From the NCBI GenBank assembly GCA_027021705.1, contig JALUTT010000145.1, positions 77,213 to 141,212 of the forward strand: a DNA stretch of 64,000 nucleotides, read 5' to 3'. Shown in pieces: positions 18,962 through 28,784 of the stretch (positions within the stretch are counted from its first letter, which is position 1; each line of letters starts with the position of its first letter). This DNA is from Anaerolineae bacterium (GTDB lineage: Bacteria > Chloroflexota > Anaerolineae > S140-20). A program made the translations under genes and the position numbers. Under the pieces are notes generated by a model. It ran no database searches. It was not told the origin of the DNA and saw only the letters and a program-made list of their open reading frames with translations.

Positions 18962-18990
18962 TTGACAGAGTCGGCCGTTGAGGGTATAAT
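18962..18990 (+). promoter_or_regulatory. Consensus sigma70 promoter for tRNA-Gly
   Basis: TTGACA-17 bp-TATAAT. Confidence 0.9.
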
Positions 18991-19002
18991 ATTATCGCCT
19001 TT

Positions 19003-19074
19003 GCGGGTGTAGTTCAGTGGTAGAACGTCAGCTTCCCAAGCTGAATGTCAGGGGTTCGAGTCCCCTCACCCGCT
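19003..19074 (+). tRNA. tRNA-Gly(CCC), CCA end not encoded
   Basis: Acceptor stem GCGGGTG/CACCCGC, anticodon arm TCAGC-TTCCCAA-GCTGA, T-arm GGTTCGAGT. Confidence 0.96.
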
Positions 19075-19188
19075 CTTTTTCTTCGACCGCATCTCTGGAT
19101 AACTGCTCCTGACAACCCAGCGCTTTAGCTGGGTTATCGTTTGCCTGGTTGAGTCATTTGTCGTTGCCGAAGAAGGGAGAAAGCCAAA

Positions 19189-20085
19189 ATGTTTCGAGAG
19201 CGCATCCGTGAAAGGTATGAGAAGCTGACGCCCAGCTTCCGCCGCATTGCGGATTACCTGCTGGACAATTACCAGGAAGCGGCTTTCCTGACCGGCAGCC
19301 AGTTGGCCAAGAAGCTTCGCGTGGACCCTGCAACGGTGGTTCGCTTTGCCCAGCGGCTGGGCTACGACGGCTATCCGGATCTGGCGCGGGATGTGCGGGC
19401 GTTGGTCCAGGAGGAACTGCAGGTCCAGGAGCCTGTGCTGGAAGCACGGCCCGAGACACCGGCAGAGCTGTTGCGGGCCATCCTGCTGAACGAGGCTCAG
19501 AACCTGGAGCGCCTGGGCCGTTCCCTCACCGATTCCGTGGTCGAGGAGATCGTCCAGGCGATCCTGAAGGCCAAGCGCATCCTGGTCGTGGGTCAAGGTC
19601 CCCTCGCGGGAGAGGCAGCGGCGGTAGCCCATCGGTTGAACATCCTGGGGCTCTCGGCCAAGGCCCTGAATATGGACCTGGTCAACGTCTCGATGGCGCT
19701 GCAGGAAGTCGGTGAGGGCGATCTCGTCCTGGGGATCGAGATCAGCGAGTACGCTTTCGGCAGTGTGGATGCCACGAACCTGCTGCGCACGGCGGCCCAA
19801 CAGGGGGCCAAGACCGTCTCCATCACCGGGCGGGCCTCTGCCCCTCTGGCCCGAGCTGCCGACATCACCGTGGCTGTGCCCACCGCCTCCATCGTCGGCG
19901 TTCCCTCTACCGGCAGCCTCACCGCCTTCCTGAACGCCCTGCTTCTGGTGATCGCCAAAGAGCGGCTGAGTGAGCAGAAGGCTCTGGCCAAGAGCTTCGA
20001 GCAGTTGGTTCACCGGCTGATGCAAGGACGCTACGAGTTGGAGCAGCAGGTCCTTCGGGAGGCTGAGCGAGAGGGCGGATCGTAG
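19189..20085 (+). CDS. MurR/RpiR family transcriptional regulator
   Basis: LTPSFRRIADYLL...LAKKL.VDPATVVRFAQRLGYDGY plus SIS domain (SITG...PLARAADI). Confidence 0.9.
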   Translation: MFRERIRERYEKLTPSFRRIADYLLDNYQEAAFLTGSQLAKKLRVDPATVVRFAQRLGYDGYPDLARDVRALVQEELQVQEPVLEARPETPAELLRAILLNEAQNLERLGRSLTDSVVEEIVQAILKAKRILVVGQGPLAGEAAAVAHRLNILGLSAKALNMDLVNVSMALQEVGEGDLVLGIEISEYAFGSVDATNLLRTAAQQGAKTVSITGRASAPLARAADITVAVPTASIVGVPSTGSLTAFLNALLLVIAKERLSEQKALAKSFEQLVHRLMQGRYELEQQVLREAEREGGS

Positions 20086-20110
20086 CCCTTTCGGCGACGC
20101 CGTTGGTATG

Positions 20111-20150
20111 CCCTCCCACAGGTTCTTGGAGTCTGTGGGAGGGTTTTTGT
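20111..20150 (+). terminator. Rho-independent terminator
   Basis: CCCTCCCACAG...CTGTGGGAGGG stem followed by TTTTTGT. Confidence 0.75.
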
Positions 20151-20240
20151 TAGCGGGAAGAAGCGTTGGGTTGACTGCCGTGGACTCCCGAAGTAAGGGG
20201 CTCGACCCAGGAGGTATTCGCGCCAAGGGCTTCTTGTCAT

Positions 20241-20270
20241 TTGACGTTTCCCCAACCTCGATGCTATAAT
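20241..20270 (+). promoter_or_regulatory. Sigma70-type promoter for the rph operon
   Basis: TTGACG-18 bp-TATAAT with TG extension. Confidence 0.7.
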
Positions 20271-20279
20271 CCAGCCCGT

Positions 20280-20401
20280 GTATCTAGTCAGCCTACCCTC
20301 CCGCAGGTCACCGGTCGAGGGCGCTTTCGGCCCCGATGGGGTATTTGAAGCACGGTTTCGCGTCGGAAACGCGCCTAACCTGCGGGAGGGTGAACAGTTA
20401 C
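20280..20401 (+). repeat. 122-bp element, family A, copy 2
   Basis: GTATCTAGTCAGCCT-ACCCTCCCGCAGGT...ACCTGCGGGAGGGT-GAACAGTTAC. Confidence 0.95.
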
Positions 20402-20486
20402 CAGCCCGTTGTGAACGCCTGTCCGGAGGTGGACGATGGCGGTGAGGTCGGATGTCTGGACGCTGATGTGATGTATGGAGGGATGG

Positions 20487-21197
20487 ATGCGCCCCGATGG
20501 TCGTGCTGCCGATGAGTTGCGCCCCGTCCGTTTCACCCTCGACTACGTGCGCTACCCCGAGGGGTCGGTGTTGGTGGAGATGGGTGAGACGAAGGTGTTG
20601 TGCAACGTCACTGTGGAGGAACGGGTTCCCTCTTGGCGGGCCGGCAGCGGCGCCGGCTGGCTGACGGCCGAGTACGCTCTCCTCCCCCGCAGCACCCACC
20701 AGCGCACGCCCCGGGAGGTGGGTGGGCTGCGGGGTCGCACTCAGGAGATCCGCCGCTTCATCGGGCGTAGTCTGCGGGCTGCTGTGGACCTGGAGCGGCT
20801 GGGGGAGCGGATGCTCATCGTGGACTGTGACGTCCTCCAGGCCGACGGCGGCACCCGGACGGCGGCGGTCACCGGCGGGTACGTCGCCGTCGCCCTGGCC
20901 CTACGCCGACTGGCCTGGGCAGGTGTGCTTCCGCCCGACCTGTTGCGCCCTCCGGTGGCTGCCGTCAGCGTCGGTGTGGTCAACGGACAGCCCTGTTTGG
21001 ATCTCTGCTATGCTGAGGATGCCGTCGCCCAGGTGGATCTGAACGTGGTGATGGATGTAGAGGGGCGCTTCATCGAAGTGCAGGGGACGGCGGAGCGAAG
21101 CCCCTTCTCCCGCGAGGTGCTGGACCGGTTGCTCCATCTGGCCGCCCGGGGTGTCGAGGAACTGATCCGCCGCCAGCAGGAAGCCTTGAGCCAATGA
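20487..21197 (+). CDS. rph: Ribonuclease PH
   Basis: RPDGR..DELRP, GWLTAEYALLPRST, GRTQEIRRFIGRSLR, DCDVLQADGGTRTA, EVQGTAE. Confidence 0.96.
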   Translation: MRPDGRAADELRPVRFTLDYVRYPEGSVLVEMGETKVLCNVTVEERVPSWRAGSGAGWLTAEYALLPRSTHQRTPREVGGLRGRTQEIRRFIGRSLRAAVDLERLGERMLIVDCDVLQADGGTRTAAVTGGYVAVALALRRLAWAGVLPPDLLRPPVAAVSVGVVNGQPCLDLCYAEDAVAQVDLNVVMDVEGRFIEVQGTAERSPFSREVLDRLLHLAARGVEELIRRQQEALSQ

Positions 21198-22639
21198 GCC
21201 GTCTCGGAGCCCTCACCCGGGGACAGCGTCTGATCCTGATTCTGCTGAGCATAGGGCTCGTGGGGGTGTTGGCGGCGCTGGTGATCCTGGCGACCCAGGC
21301 GGGCCACTTCACCCTGATGCCGGTGGCGACGGTGGCGCAGCCGACCCTCCCGTCGCTCCCCTCACCCCTTCAGCCGCCCTCTCCTTCGCCCACCCTCCCG
21401 GCGACGCCGTCCCCCACGCCTGAGACGGCGGGCGAACTGGCAGTGGCCCGTCGCGCCGAAGCGGTGCGGGAGGCGAGCGCCCGGCTGCGGGAGTTGCCCT
21501 TCCGTCAGCGCGTTCCCCTTACCTTCCTGAGCCAGGAAGCGATGGCGGAGGACCTGGCCGATTGGCTGGCAGCCCAGGCGCTCTGGCAGGAGGCCTGGCA
21601 GTTCTACGTCGTCCTGGGATTGCTCCCTCCCCAAGAGAAGGCGGAAGTTTCCGTCTTGGGGGAGCGAGCGGCCCGCTGGATCGTCGCCTTCTACCGACCT
21701 GGGGAAGGCCAGCTCTACCTACGCCGTTTTCAAGGACCGCCCGGCGAGGAGAAGGAAGCCCTGGTCGCCCACGCCTACACCCACGCCCTGCAGGATCAGC
21801 ACTTCGACCTGGCGGCCTACCTGGCCGAGGCAGACAGTGCCGACGCGGCTCGGGCCCGGCTCGCCCTGCCCGAGGGGGAGGCGACCTGGGTGATGGCCCG
21901 CTACCTAAACGCCCAGGCCGGCCTGACCTTCACCGAGCGGGTGGTGGACGAGCTGATCGGTCCCCTGGTGGCCGGTGAGAACCCTGCCTTCAGCGGTCAG
22001 GAAGCCCAGGCGTTGGCTCCTATCCTCCGCTTCCCTTACGCCAACGGCGCCCGCTTCGTGGCCCGGCTGCTGGAAGAGGGGTGGTGGCCCGCCCTCAACG
22101 ATGCCTATCGTCGCCCCCCCCGTTCCACTGAAGAGGTCCTGCACCCGGAGAAGTACCTGGCCGGCGACGACCCACCCCGTTCCGTCTCCCTGCCCGACCT
22201 CCAGCCGGTCTTGGGAGAGGGATGGGCGCTGGTGGAGCAGGACGTGATGGGGGAACTCGTCCTGCGGACCGTCCTGACGCACACCCTCCAGGACGGGGCT
22301 TGGGCGGAGCGGGCGGCCGCCGGGTGGGGCGGCGACCGGTACCAGCTCTGGCGGGATGAGGACGGGAACCTGCTCTTGCTGGCCCGCACCCTCTGGGACA
22401 GCGAGGCGGACGCGGCGGAGTTCGCCGAGGCCTACGAGGCCGTCATCGCCCTCCGTCTGTCGGGGGCCTTTCGAGTCGTGCCCATCGGAGCCCCTCCCCA
22501 AGGGCAGTGGTGGCGTAGAGAGGGGCTGACCGCTTTCCTGGATCGGCAGGGAGAGGTTGTTACCTTTGCTTGGGGACGCGACACCCCGGCGATGGTGCGG
22601 CTCCTGGCCGCCCTCTTCCTAGAGGACCGTCGCCCCTGA
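21194..22639 (+). CDS. Membrane-anchored zincin-like surface protein (Hvo_1808-like) with altered HExxH
   Basis: N-terminal TM, Pro/Ser/Thr linker, HAYTHALQDQHFD...EGEA, FPY..G..FV, PPRSTEEVLHPEKY, AAAGWGGD, WDS..DA.EF. Confidence 0.75.
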   Translation: MSRLGALTRGQRLILILLSIGLVGVLAALVILATQAGHFTLMPVATVAQPTLPSLPSPLQPPSPSPTLPATPSPTPETAGELAVARRAEAVREASARLRELPFRQRVPLTFLSQEAMAEDLADWLAAQALWQEAWQFYVVLGLLPPQEKAEVSVLGERAARWIVAFYRPGEGQLYLRRFQGPPGEEKEALVAHAYTHALQDQHFDLAAYLAEADSADAARARLALPEGEATWVMARYLNAQAGLTFTERVVDELIGPLVAGENPAFSGQEAQALAPILRFPYANGARFVARLLEEGWWPALNDAYRRPPRSTEEVLHPEKYLAGDDPPRSVSLPDLQPVLGEGWALVEQDVMGELVLRTVLTHTLQDGAWAERAAAGWGGDRYQLWRDEDGNLLLLARTLWDSEADAAEFAEAYEAVIALRLSGAFRVVPIGAPPQGQWWRREGLTAFLDRQGEVVTFAWGRDTPAMVRLLAALFLEDRRP

Positions 22640-22672
22640 CCCCCGGCAGGGTTCGATGCGCTTTCATCCTGC

Positions 22673-22794
22673 GTAACTGTTCACCCTCCCGCAGGTTAGG
22701 CGCGTTTCCGACGCGAAACCGTGCTTCCAATGGCCCATCGGGGCCGAAAGCGTCCTCGACCGGTGACCTGCGGGAGGGTAGGCTGAATAGACGC
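22673..22794 (-). repeat. 122-bp element, family A, copy 3
   Basis: Reverse-complement copy: GTAACTGTTCACCCTCCCGCAGGT...GGGAGGGTAGGCTGAATAGAC. Confidence 0.95.
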
Positions 22795-22836
22795 CATCCT
22801 GCACCCTATCCCGACGAGGTTGAGGAGGAGAAGACG

Positions 22837-23397
22837 ATGAACCGCGAGGATGCGTGGGCTTTGGTCACCGAGTACACCACCAGCCCTAACCTGATCCGCC
22901 ACATGCTGGCCGTGGAGGCGGCGATGCGGGCCTATGCCCGTCGCTTTGGGGAGGATGAAGAGACGTGGGGGATCGTGGGGTTGATCCACGACTTCGATTA
23001 CGAGCGTTTCCCCAATATGGGGCCGGAGGGCCACCCCAACGTCGGGGCCCGCATCCTGCGCGAGCGAGGTTGGCCGGAGGAGATCGTCCGGGCCGTCCTC
23101 TCCCACGCCACCGAGGTGACCGGCGTGGAACGGAAGACGCTGATGGAAAAGGCCCTCTACGCCGTGGACGAACTGACCGGCCTCATCGTGGCCGTTGCCC
23201 TGGTGCGCCCTTCCAAGTCCATCCAGGACGTCAAGGTGAAGTCGGTGTGGAAGAAATGGAAGGACCGGGCCTTCGCCGCCGGCGTCAATCGGGAGGAGAT
23301 CGAGAAGGGCGCCGCCGAACTGGGGGTCCCCTTGCGGGAGCACATCGCCATCGTATTGAAGGCGATGCAAAGCATCGCCGACGACCTGGGTCTGTAA
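22837..23397 (+). CDS. HD/HDIG-domain phosphohydrolase
   Basis: L.RHMLAVEA.M, GLIHDFDYE, SH, VDELTG, FAAGVNR; SD GAGGAGG before ATG 22837. Confidence 0.88.
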   Translation: MNREDAWALVTEYTTSPNLIRHMLAVEAAMRAYARRFGEDEETWGIVGLIHDFDYERFPNMGPEGHPNVGARILRERGWPEEIVRAVLSHATEVTGVERKTLMEKALYAVDELTGLIVAVALVRPSKSIQDVKVKSVWKKWKDRAFAAGVNREEIEKGAAELGVPLREHIAIVLKAMQSIADDLGL

Positions 23398-23457
23398 GCC
23401 CCTGGGGCCGCGTGATCTACGACGCGGGAAGATGACCCTTCACACGGAGCTACGTCT

Positions 23458-24144
23458 ATGAAACTTTCCATCATCATCCCCGTTTACAACGAGCGGGGAA
23501 CCATTCGGGAGATTCTGAGCCAGGTGCGTGCCGTGGACCTGCCCGTCGAGCGGGAGATCATCGTGGTAGACGACGGTTCGACCGACGGTACGGCCCAGAT
23601 TTTGGAAAGGGAAGCCAAAGTAGGTGACATCGTCCTCCTCCGCCATCGGCAGAACCGGGGCAAAGGGGCCGCCGTGCGCACGGGGATCGCCCGGGCCACT
23701 GGGGAGATCATCCTGATCCAGGATGCGGACCTGGAGTACGACCCCCGGGACATCCCCCGTCTCCTCCAGCCTATCCTGGAGGGACGGGTAGCGGTCGTCT
23801 ACGGGTCCCGTTTTCTAGGGCCACGCAAGGCGATGCTCTTCTGGCATATGGTGGGCAACAAGCTGTTGACGCTGGTCACCAACGTGCTCTACAACGCCAT
23901 CCTCAGCGATATGGAGACGGGCTACAAGTGCTTCCGGGCCGACGTGATCCGGGAGATCCCGCTCAAGGCTCGGCGCTTCGAGCTGGAGCCGGAGATCACG
24001 GCCAAGGTGCTCAAGCGGGGCTACCGCATCTTCGAGGTGCCCATTTCCTACTACGGTCGGGAGTACGCCGAGGGGAAGAAGATCACCTGGAAGGATGCGA
24101 TTCCCGCTCTCTGGACGCTGATCAAGTACCGTTTTGTGGATTGA
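23458..24144 (+). CDS. GT2 glycosyltransferase, DPM1-like (polyprenol-phosphate sugar synthase)
   Basis: [45 protein letters not shown]. Confidence 0.92.
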   Translation: MKLSIIIPVYNERGTIREILSQVRAVDLPVEREIIVVDDGSTDGTAQILEREAKVGDIVLLRHRQNRGKGAAVRTGIARATGEIILIQDADLEYDPRDIPRLLQPILEGRVAVVYGSRFLGPRKAMLFWHMVGNKLLTLVTNVLYNAILSDMETGYKCFRADVIREIPLKARRFELEPEITAKVLKRGYRIFEVPISYYGREYAEGKKITWKDAIPALWTLIKYRFVD

Positions 24145-24199
24145 GAGGGCCGTGGTCCGCAGTCCGTGGTCCGCAGTCCATTTTGGACGCTGATCAAGC

Positions 24200-24320
24200 G
24201 TAACCGTTCACCCTCCCGCAGTTAGGCGCGTTTCCGACGCGAAACCGCGCTTCCAATAGTCCATCGGGGCTGGAAACGCCCTCGACCGGTGACCTGCAGG
24301 AGGGGAGATTGAGGGAGGGC
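24200..24320 (-). repeat. 122-bp element, family A, copy 4 (most diverged)
   Basis: GTAACCGTTCACCCTCCCGCAG...GACCTGCAGGAGGG; 1-bp deletion and a decayed outer end. Confidence 0.9.
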
Positions 24321-24342
24321 TTCGGGGCTGGGATAGGGGGAG

Positions 24343-25983
24343 ATGGGCGCGGGTGTTTCGTATAGTCAGGGCTTGGCAACGAGGAAGGGGGGCAATTTGT
24401 CAAATTGCCTCCACGATCGCTATCCCCTCTCTCCGATTCTTGCCGAGGGGCTGGTGTTGGTCGTGCTCCTGTTGCTGGCCCTGGCCCTCCGGCTGCCGCC
24501 CCTGCTGCACAATCCGCTCCACGCCGATGAGGCGCTCTACGCCACCTGGGGCCAGCGGATCGCCACGGGCCAAGACCCCTGGCTCCTGAAGGGGCCGGTC
24601 TTTAAGCCTCCCCTCTGGCCCTACCTGCTGGCCGGCAGCTTCCTTGTCTTCGGTGTTCCCCCGCTCTCCCCGCCCGTTGCCATCCGCTTCGTGGCCCGGC
24701 TGCCCGGGTTGATGGCCGGCCTGCTCAGCGTCGCCCTCGTCTACCGGCTGGGGGGGCGGCTCTACGGGCGGCGGGCCGGGATGATGGCAGCGCTGGTGAT
24801 GACCCTCTCCCCCTTCGCCATCCTCTTCTCGGCCACCGCCTTCACCGACCCGCTGATGGTGGCCCTGGGGCTGGCCGGCGTCGTGGCGGCGGTGGAGGGG
24901 CGGGGGGGCTGGGCCGGCCTGGGGCTGGGGCTGAGCGCGGCGACCAAGCAGCAGGGGCTCATCTTCCTGCCCCTGGCCCTGGTCCTGGGTCTCGTCCGGC
25001 GGCGAGGCCGGAGATGGAAGTGGGGGTGGTGGCGCGGGGGGCTGGGGTTGGCGCTGATCTTGGTCGGGGTGCTGGCCTGGGATGTTTTTCGCGTAGTCAA
25101 TGGGGGCGTCAGCTTCTGGGCGGAGGGGTGGGCCGGCTACGGCGGGCTCCGCTTCGCCTGGTCGGTCGAACTCCTGCCGCGACTGCGGGCCTGGCTCCGC
25201 TGGTTGGGCTACTTCTTCGCCTCCCCCCTGGCCGACGGCCTGGTCCTGGTCGGGATAGGGTGGCGGGTCTGGAGGGACCTGCGGCAGCCCTCTCCGGCGG
25301 CCCAGACCGACCTGCTCCTGCTGGGGTTCGGCCTCCTCTACCTGCTCGCCCACTGGCTGGTCGCCTTCCCCGTCTGGGACCGTTACCTGCTGCCCTTGGT
25401 GCCCATCGTCGCCCTGCTGGTGGGCCGGCTGATCACGGACCTGAGCCGGCATCGAGCCACCTTGGTCGCCTTCCTAGGGGCGATGCTCCTGTGGGAGCCG
25501 GCGATGGCTGCTGCCTGGAGCCTCTTTCCCGTGGGATCGGACCACGGGGCCTACGATGGATTGGAGCAGGTCGTCCGCTTCCTGCGGGCACAGCCCCGGG
25601 GCACCGTCTTCTACGACCGCTGGGCGGGCTGGCACTACGACCTCTACCTCTTCGACGGCCACCCCTACCGGGCCTACGCCCCCCATCCGGCCTGGCTGGC
25701 CCGCGATCTGACGGTCTTCTACCGGGAGCCGGGGTCGTCGCCGCCCCGCTACCTGGTCGTGCCCGGGTGGGCCGTTGTGACCCGTTGGCGGCGGGCCCTG
25801 GCCGAGGCCGGCTTCGGCCTGGTCCCCGTGCTGGTGACCGCCAACCGGTGGGGGGAGCGGACCTTCACCGTCTACCGGATCACCACAGAATCGCCCCTCC
25901 GTCGTGCGGACCGGGTGTGGGAAGGGACGGGGCTCTTCCGTGCTCCCGGCGCGGCCGGCCAGGGGACTAGCGGGGGGGGGTGA
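24343..25983 (+). CDS. GT-C fold (ArnT/PMT, GT39-like) glycosyltransferase
   Basis: HADEALY, KPPL, many TM helices, RYLLP; true start may be TTG 24397. Confidence 0.82.
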   Translation: MGAGVSYSQGLATRKGGNLSNCLHDRYPLSPILAEGLVLVVLLLLALALRLPPLLHNPLHADEALYATWGQRIATGQDPWLLKGPVFKPPLWPYLLAGSFLVFGVPPLSPPVAIRFVARLPGLMAGLLSVALVYRLGGRLYGRRAGMMAALVMTLSPFAILFSATAFTDPLMVALGLAGVVAAVEGRGGWAGLGLGLSAATKQQGLIFLPLALVLGLVRRRGRRWKWGWWRGGLGLALILVGVLAWDVFRVVNGGVSFWAEGWAGYGGLRFAWSVELLPRLRAWLRWLGYFFASPLADGLVLVGIGWRVWRDLRQPSPAAQTDLLLLGFGLLYLLAHWLVAFPVWDRYLLPLVPIVALLVGRLITDLSRHRATLVAFLGAMLLWEPAMAAAWSLFPVGSDHGAYDGLEQVVRFLRAQPRGTVFYDRWAGWHYDLYLFDGHPYRAYAPHPAWLARDLTVFYREPGSSPPRYLVVPGWAVVTRWRRALAEAGFGLVPVLVTANRWGERTFTVYRITTESPLRRADRVWEGTGLFRAPGAAGQGTSGGG

Positions 25984-26332
25984 GGGGAACCCCCTCCCGG
26001 AGGACGTTCTCGTAGAGGCTGAAGCGCTCCCGCCCCATACGCTCCCAGCGCTCGCGCCCGATGACGTGGGGGTTGATCAGCACGTCGTACTTCAGGGATA
26101 CGTCGGCTGCTAAATCGCTGACGGCGTGGTCGAAGCGCCAGTCTTCTCCGTTCGCGATGAGCAGGATGTCTACATCGGACTCCGGGTGGCTGTCGCCTCG
26201 CGCCTTGGAGCCAAAGAGGATGGCCTGATGGATGCGCCCCGGATACTGGCGCTCCAGTCGGCCGAGAAACGCCGAGATCGCTTCCTGCTCATTGCGCGAG
26301 AGGTGCTCAATCGGTTGTCGGATCACAGCCAT
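25967..26332 (-). CDS. Minimal nucleotidyltransferase (MNT) antitoxin
   Basis: LFGSKARGD..PESDVDILL (GSx10DxD). Confidence 0.9.
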   Translation of the reverse strand: MAVIRQPIEHLSRNEQEAISAFLGRLERQYPGRIHQAILFGSKARGDSHPESDVDILLIANGEDWRFDHAVSDLAADVSLKYDVLINPHVIGRERWERMGRERFSLYENVLREGVPLTPPR

Positions 26333-26733
26333 CCTTCTTCCACAAGATGCGCTTCGATTCGCCGGACGAAGCGTTGAGCGTCCTCGAAGTCCGTCCTGGC
26401 CTGTTCAGGGGTGATGGTTGCCTGGACGTCGTAGTCGCTGCTGTGGCGGTCGTCCATGATTCGACCGTATGCACGGCTGTACTCAACCTCGATCAGCCCA
26501 GGCTTGACGAAGTGCTGGCGGAAGGCACTGATGACGCCGCTATGTTTGCTGCGGGACAATCCCCGGGTGGCCAACATCGCATTGGCAGCGTAGAAGATGG
26601 CGTAGTAGGCCCGGTTGATGGCCGAGGCGTAGAAGCCGGCATCCAGGTTGTGCTTGGCTACCTCCAACATCCGGTGGGCATGCTCGATGTACAGCGCCAC
26701 CTCACGGCGGCGGGGGTGGGCTTCCTCCGGCAT
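26323..26733 (-). CDS. HEPN domain protein (toxin of a HEPN-MNT pair)
   Basis: AINRAYYAIFYAA, SKHSGVIS.F...FVK.G, RHSSDY; overlaps the MNT start. Confidence 0.9.
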   Translation of the reverse strand: MPEEAHPRRREVALYIEHAHRMLEVAKHNLDAGFYASAINRAYYAIFYAANAMLATRGLSRSKHSGVISAFRQHFVKPGLIEVEYSRAYGRIMDDRHSSDYDVQATITPEQARTDFEDAQRFVRRIEAHLVEEGWL

Positions 26734-26828
26734 TGGCCCCTCTCTCCTTGGTTGGTGGTGGGTGCACAGCCGCGCATCTCTGCACCTGGGATTCCCCGAG
26801 GCTGATTATACCACACTCCGGGGAAATT

Positions 26829-26947
26829 AGCCGTCCTGAACGGGCACGAATACACGAATTAGGAGCTACCCCATTTGTGCATTCGTGAGGGATTCGTGGA
26901 TGGCCCGTTGTGGCCCATTCCCTTGCTCCCTTGTGGGTAATCACCGG
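26829..26947 (-). repeat. Palindromic element, family B, copy 1
   Basis: Minus strand reads CCGGTGATTACCCAC...CCACGAAT..CACGAATGCAC...ATTCGTGTATTCGTG...GGACGGCT; overlaps the ABC gene stop codon. Confidence 0.88.
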
Positions 26948-27624
26948 TACGGTCCTGCCAGTTGGCCGTCCCGCAGCTCGTGGATGACGGCGGCGTACTC
27001 CTCGATGGCCGGGTCGTGGGTGGCGATGAGCACCCCCACGCCTTCCTCCTCGGCGATCCGCCGGAGGAGGGCCAGCACTTCCCGTCCGGCCTCGCTGTCC
27101 AACTCCCCCGTCGGCTCGTCGGCCAGGATGAGGCGGGGCCGGGTGACGAGAGCGCGGGCGATGGCCAGCCGTTGCTGCTGTCCGCCGGACAGCTCGTAAG
27201 GACGATGGTCGGCCCAGGGCTCCAGCCCGACCAGGGCCAGGGCGTCGCGCACCCGCCGCGCCCGCTCCCGCCGGTCCACGCCCAAGAGGCGGAGGGGAAG
27301 CTCGACGTTCTCGTAGGCGGAGAAGGTGGGGAGCAGGGCGAAGGACTGGAAGACGAAGCCGATGCACCGGCGGCGCAGCTTCGTCAAGGCCCCTTCGGAG
27401 AGGCGGGAGAGGGGTTCCCCTTCCAGGTAGACCTCGCCGGCCGTGGGGCGGTCCAGCCCGCCGATGAGGTTGAGCAGCGTCGTCTTGCCGGAGCCGGAGC
27501 GCCCCCGGACGGCCGTCAGGACCCCCCGCTCCAGGGTCAGGTCCACCCCGCGCAGAGCGTGCACCTCCAGCCGGCCTCGGCGGTAGATGCGGGTCAAGCC
27601 TACTGTGCGTACCAAGGGGGCCAT
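26941..27624 (-). CDS. ABC ATP-binding protein (LolD/MacB-like)
   Basis: GRSGSGKTT, GFVFQ, LSGGQQQR, ADEPTG.LD, ATHD. Confidence 0.93.
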   Translation of the reverse strand: MAPLVRTVGLTRIYRRGRLEVHALRGVDLTLERGVLTAVRGRSGSGKTTLLNLIGGLDRPTAGEVYLEGEPLSRLSEGALTKLRRRCIGFVFQSFALLPTFSAYENVELPLRLLGVDRRERARRVRDALALVGLEPWADHRPYELSGGQQQRLAIARALVTRPRLILADEPTGELDSEAGREVLALLRRIAEEEGVGVLIATHDPAIEEYAAVIHELRDGQLAGPYR

Positions 27625-27674
27625 TTGACGTAACTTGGGATGTAGCTTACAATTCGGGCACGGCTCTCCGTTAT

Positions 27675-27784
27675 CCGGTGATTACCCATAAGTGTGGGCT
27701 GCGGTGGGCCGTCCACGAATTTTTCACGAATGCACGAATGGGGTGGATCTTCATTCGTGTATTCGTGCCTCTTCGTGGACGGCT
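27675..27784 (+). repeat. Palindromic element, family B, copy 2
   Basis: CCGGTGATTACCCA...GCCGTCCACGAA...CACGAATGCACGAATG/CATTCGTGTATTCGTG...TTCGTGGACGGC. Confidence 0.9.
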
Positions 27785-27791
27785 CTCTGAG

Positions 27792-28760
27792 TCAGGTCGG
27801 TGCCCGGCCTTCCGATGGGGGGAAGGCCGGGCGCTTGCGCTGAGGAGGACCTTCCTCTCTCAACCCCACCGGTCGGATCAGCAGCCCTTCCTCCACCACC
27901 TCCACCACCACCCGGTCCCCGATGCCCAACCGCTCCCGGTACTCCGGCGGAATCTGCAGCCGCCCGGCCGAGTCCACGACGACGTACTCGACGTAGGCCC
28001 CGGCGGACGATGGGGCGGGCTCCGCCTCGGTCGTCGGGGGAGGGCCGGCCGGCGGTTCAGGACGGAGGACGCGCCGCTCCGTGCTCGTCTTGCCGTCGCG
28101 GATGGCGACAACCCGGTCCACCCAGGCGGTGATGTCGGGATCGTGGGTGACGATGAGGAGGGTCAGGCCCAAGGTCGCGTTCAGCCGCCGGAAGGTCTCG
28201 TAGATGGTCCGGGCCGTGGCCGAATCCAGCTCCCCCGTCGGCTCGTCGGCCAGGAGGAGGGGGGGATGGTTGGCGAGGGCGACGGCGATGGCAACCCGCT
28301 GCTGTTCGCCGCCGGAGAGCTCCGCCATCCGGTGGTGCTGCCGCGCGTCCAGCCCCACTGCCTCCAGGAGCGCCTGCACCCGGGCCTCCCGCTCGCGGGC
28401 CGGCAGCCCTGCCAGGAGCATCGGCAACTCCACGTTCTGCCGGGCCGTCAGGTAGGGGAGCAGGTTGCGCCCGCTCTGCTGCCAGACGAAGCCCACCTCC
28501 TGACGGCGGTAGCGGTCCAGCGCCCGGTCCGAGAGCGTCGTCAGGTCCTGCCCATCCACCACCACCCGACCGGCCGTGGGGCGGTCCAGCCCGCCGATGA
28601 GGTTGAGCAGCGTCGTCTTGCCGGCCCCCGACGGTCCGACGAGGCCGACCACCTCCCCCCGCTCGACGGTCAGCTCCAGCCCCTGGAGGGCCACCACCTC
28701 CCGCCCGGCGATGCGGTAGATCTTCACCAGCCCGTCGCAGAGGATGAAGGGCCCAGACAT
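27792..28760 (-). CDS. ABC ATP-binding protein with C-terminal AbrB-like domain
   Basis: [22 protein letters not shown]; tail [38 protein letters not shown]. Confidence 0.9.
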   Translation of the reverse strand: MSGPFILCDGLVKIYRIAGREVVALQGLELTVERGEVVGLVGPSGAGKTTLLNLIGGLDRPTAGRVVVDGQDLTTLSDRALDRYRRQEVGFVWQQSGRNLLPYLTARQNVELPMLLAGLPAREREARVQALLEAVGLDARQHHRMAELSGGEQQRVAIAVALANHPPLLLADEPTGELDSATARTIYETFRRLNATLGLTLLIVTHDPDITAWVDRVVAIRDGKTSTERRVLRPEPPAGPPPTTEAEPAPSSAGAYVEYVVVDSAGRLQIPPEYRERLGIGDRVVVEVVEEGLLIRPVGLREEGPPQRKRPAFPPSEGRAPT

Positions 28761-28784
28761 CTCACGCCTCCCACGGTGCACCGG

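Noticed and set aside
19003..19074. tRNA-Gly as an integration site
   Set aside because: No integrase, and I saw no duplicated tRNA 3' end in the window.
22673..22794. Family A as integron attC sites
   Set aside because: The GTAAC/GTTAC ends do not fit RYYYAAC...GTTRRRY, orientations are mixed, flanking genes are core genes, and no integrase is present.
22570..22836. N-terminal extensions of the HD protein and the aminotransferase (43210-43401), and ORFs 8633-9025 and 20031-20699
   Set aside because: They read through the family A repeat. For the two real genes, SD-supported starts lie downstream.
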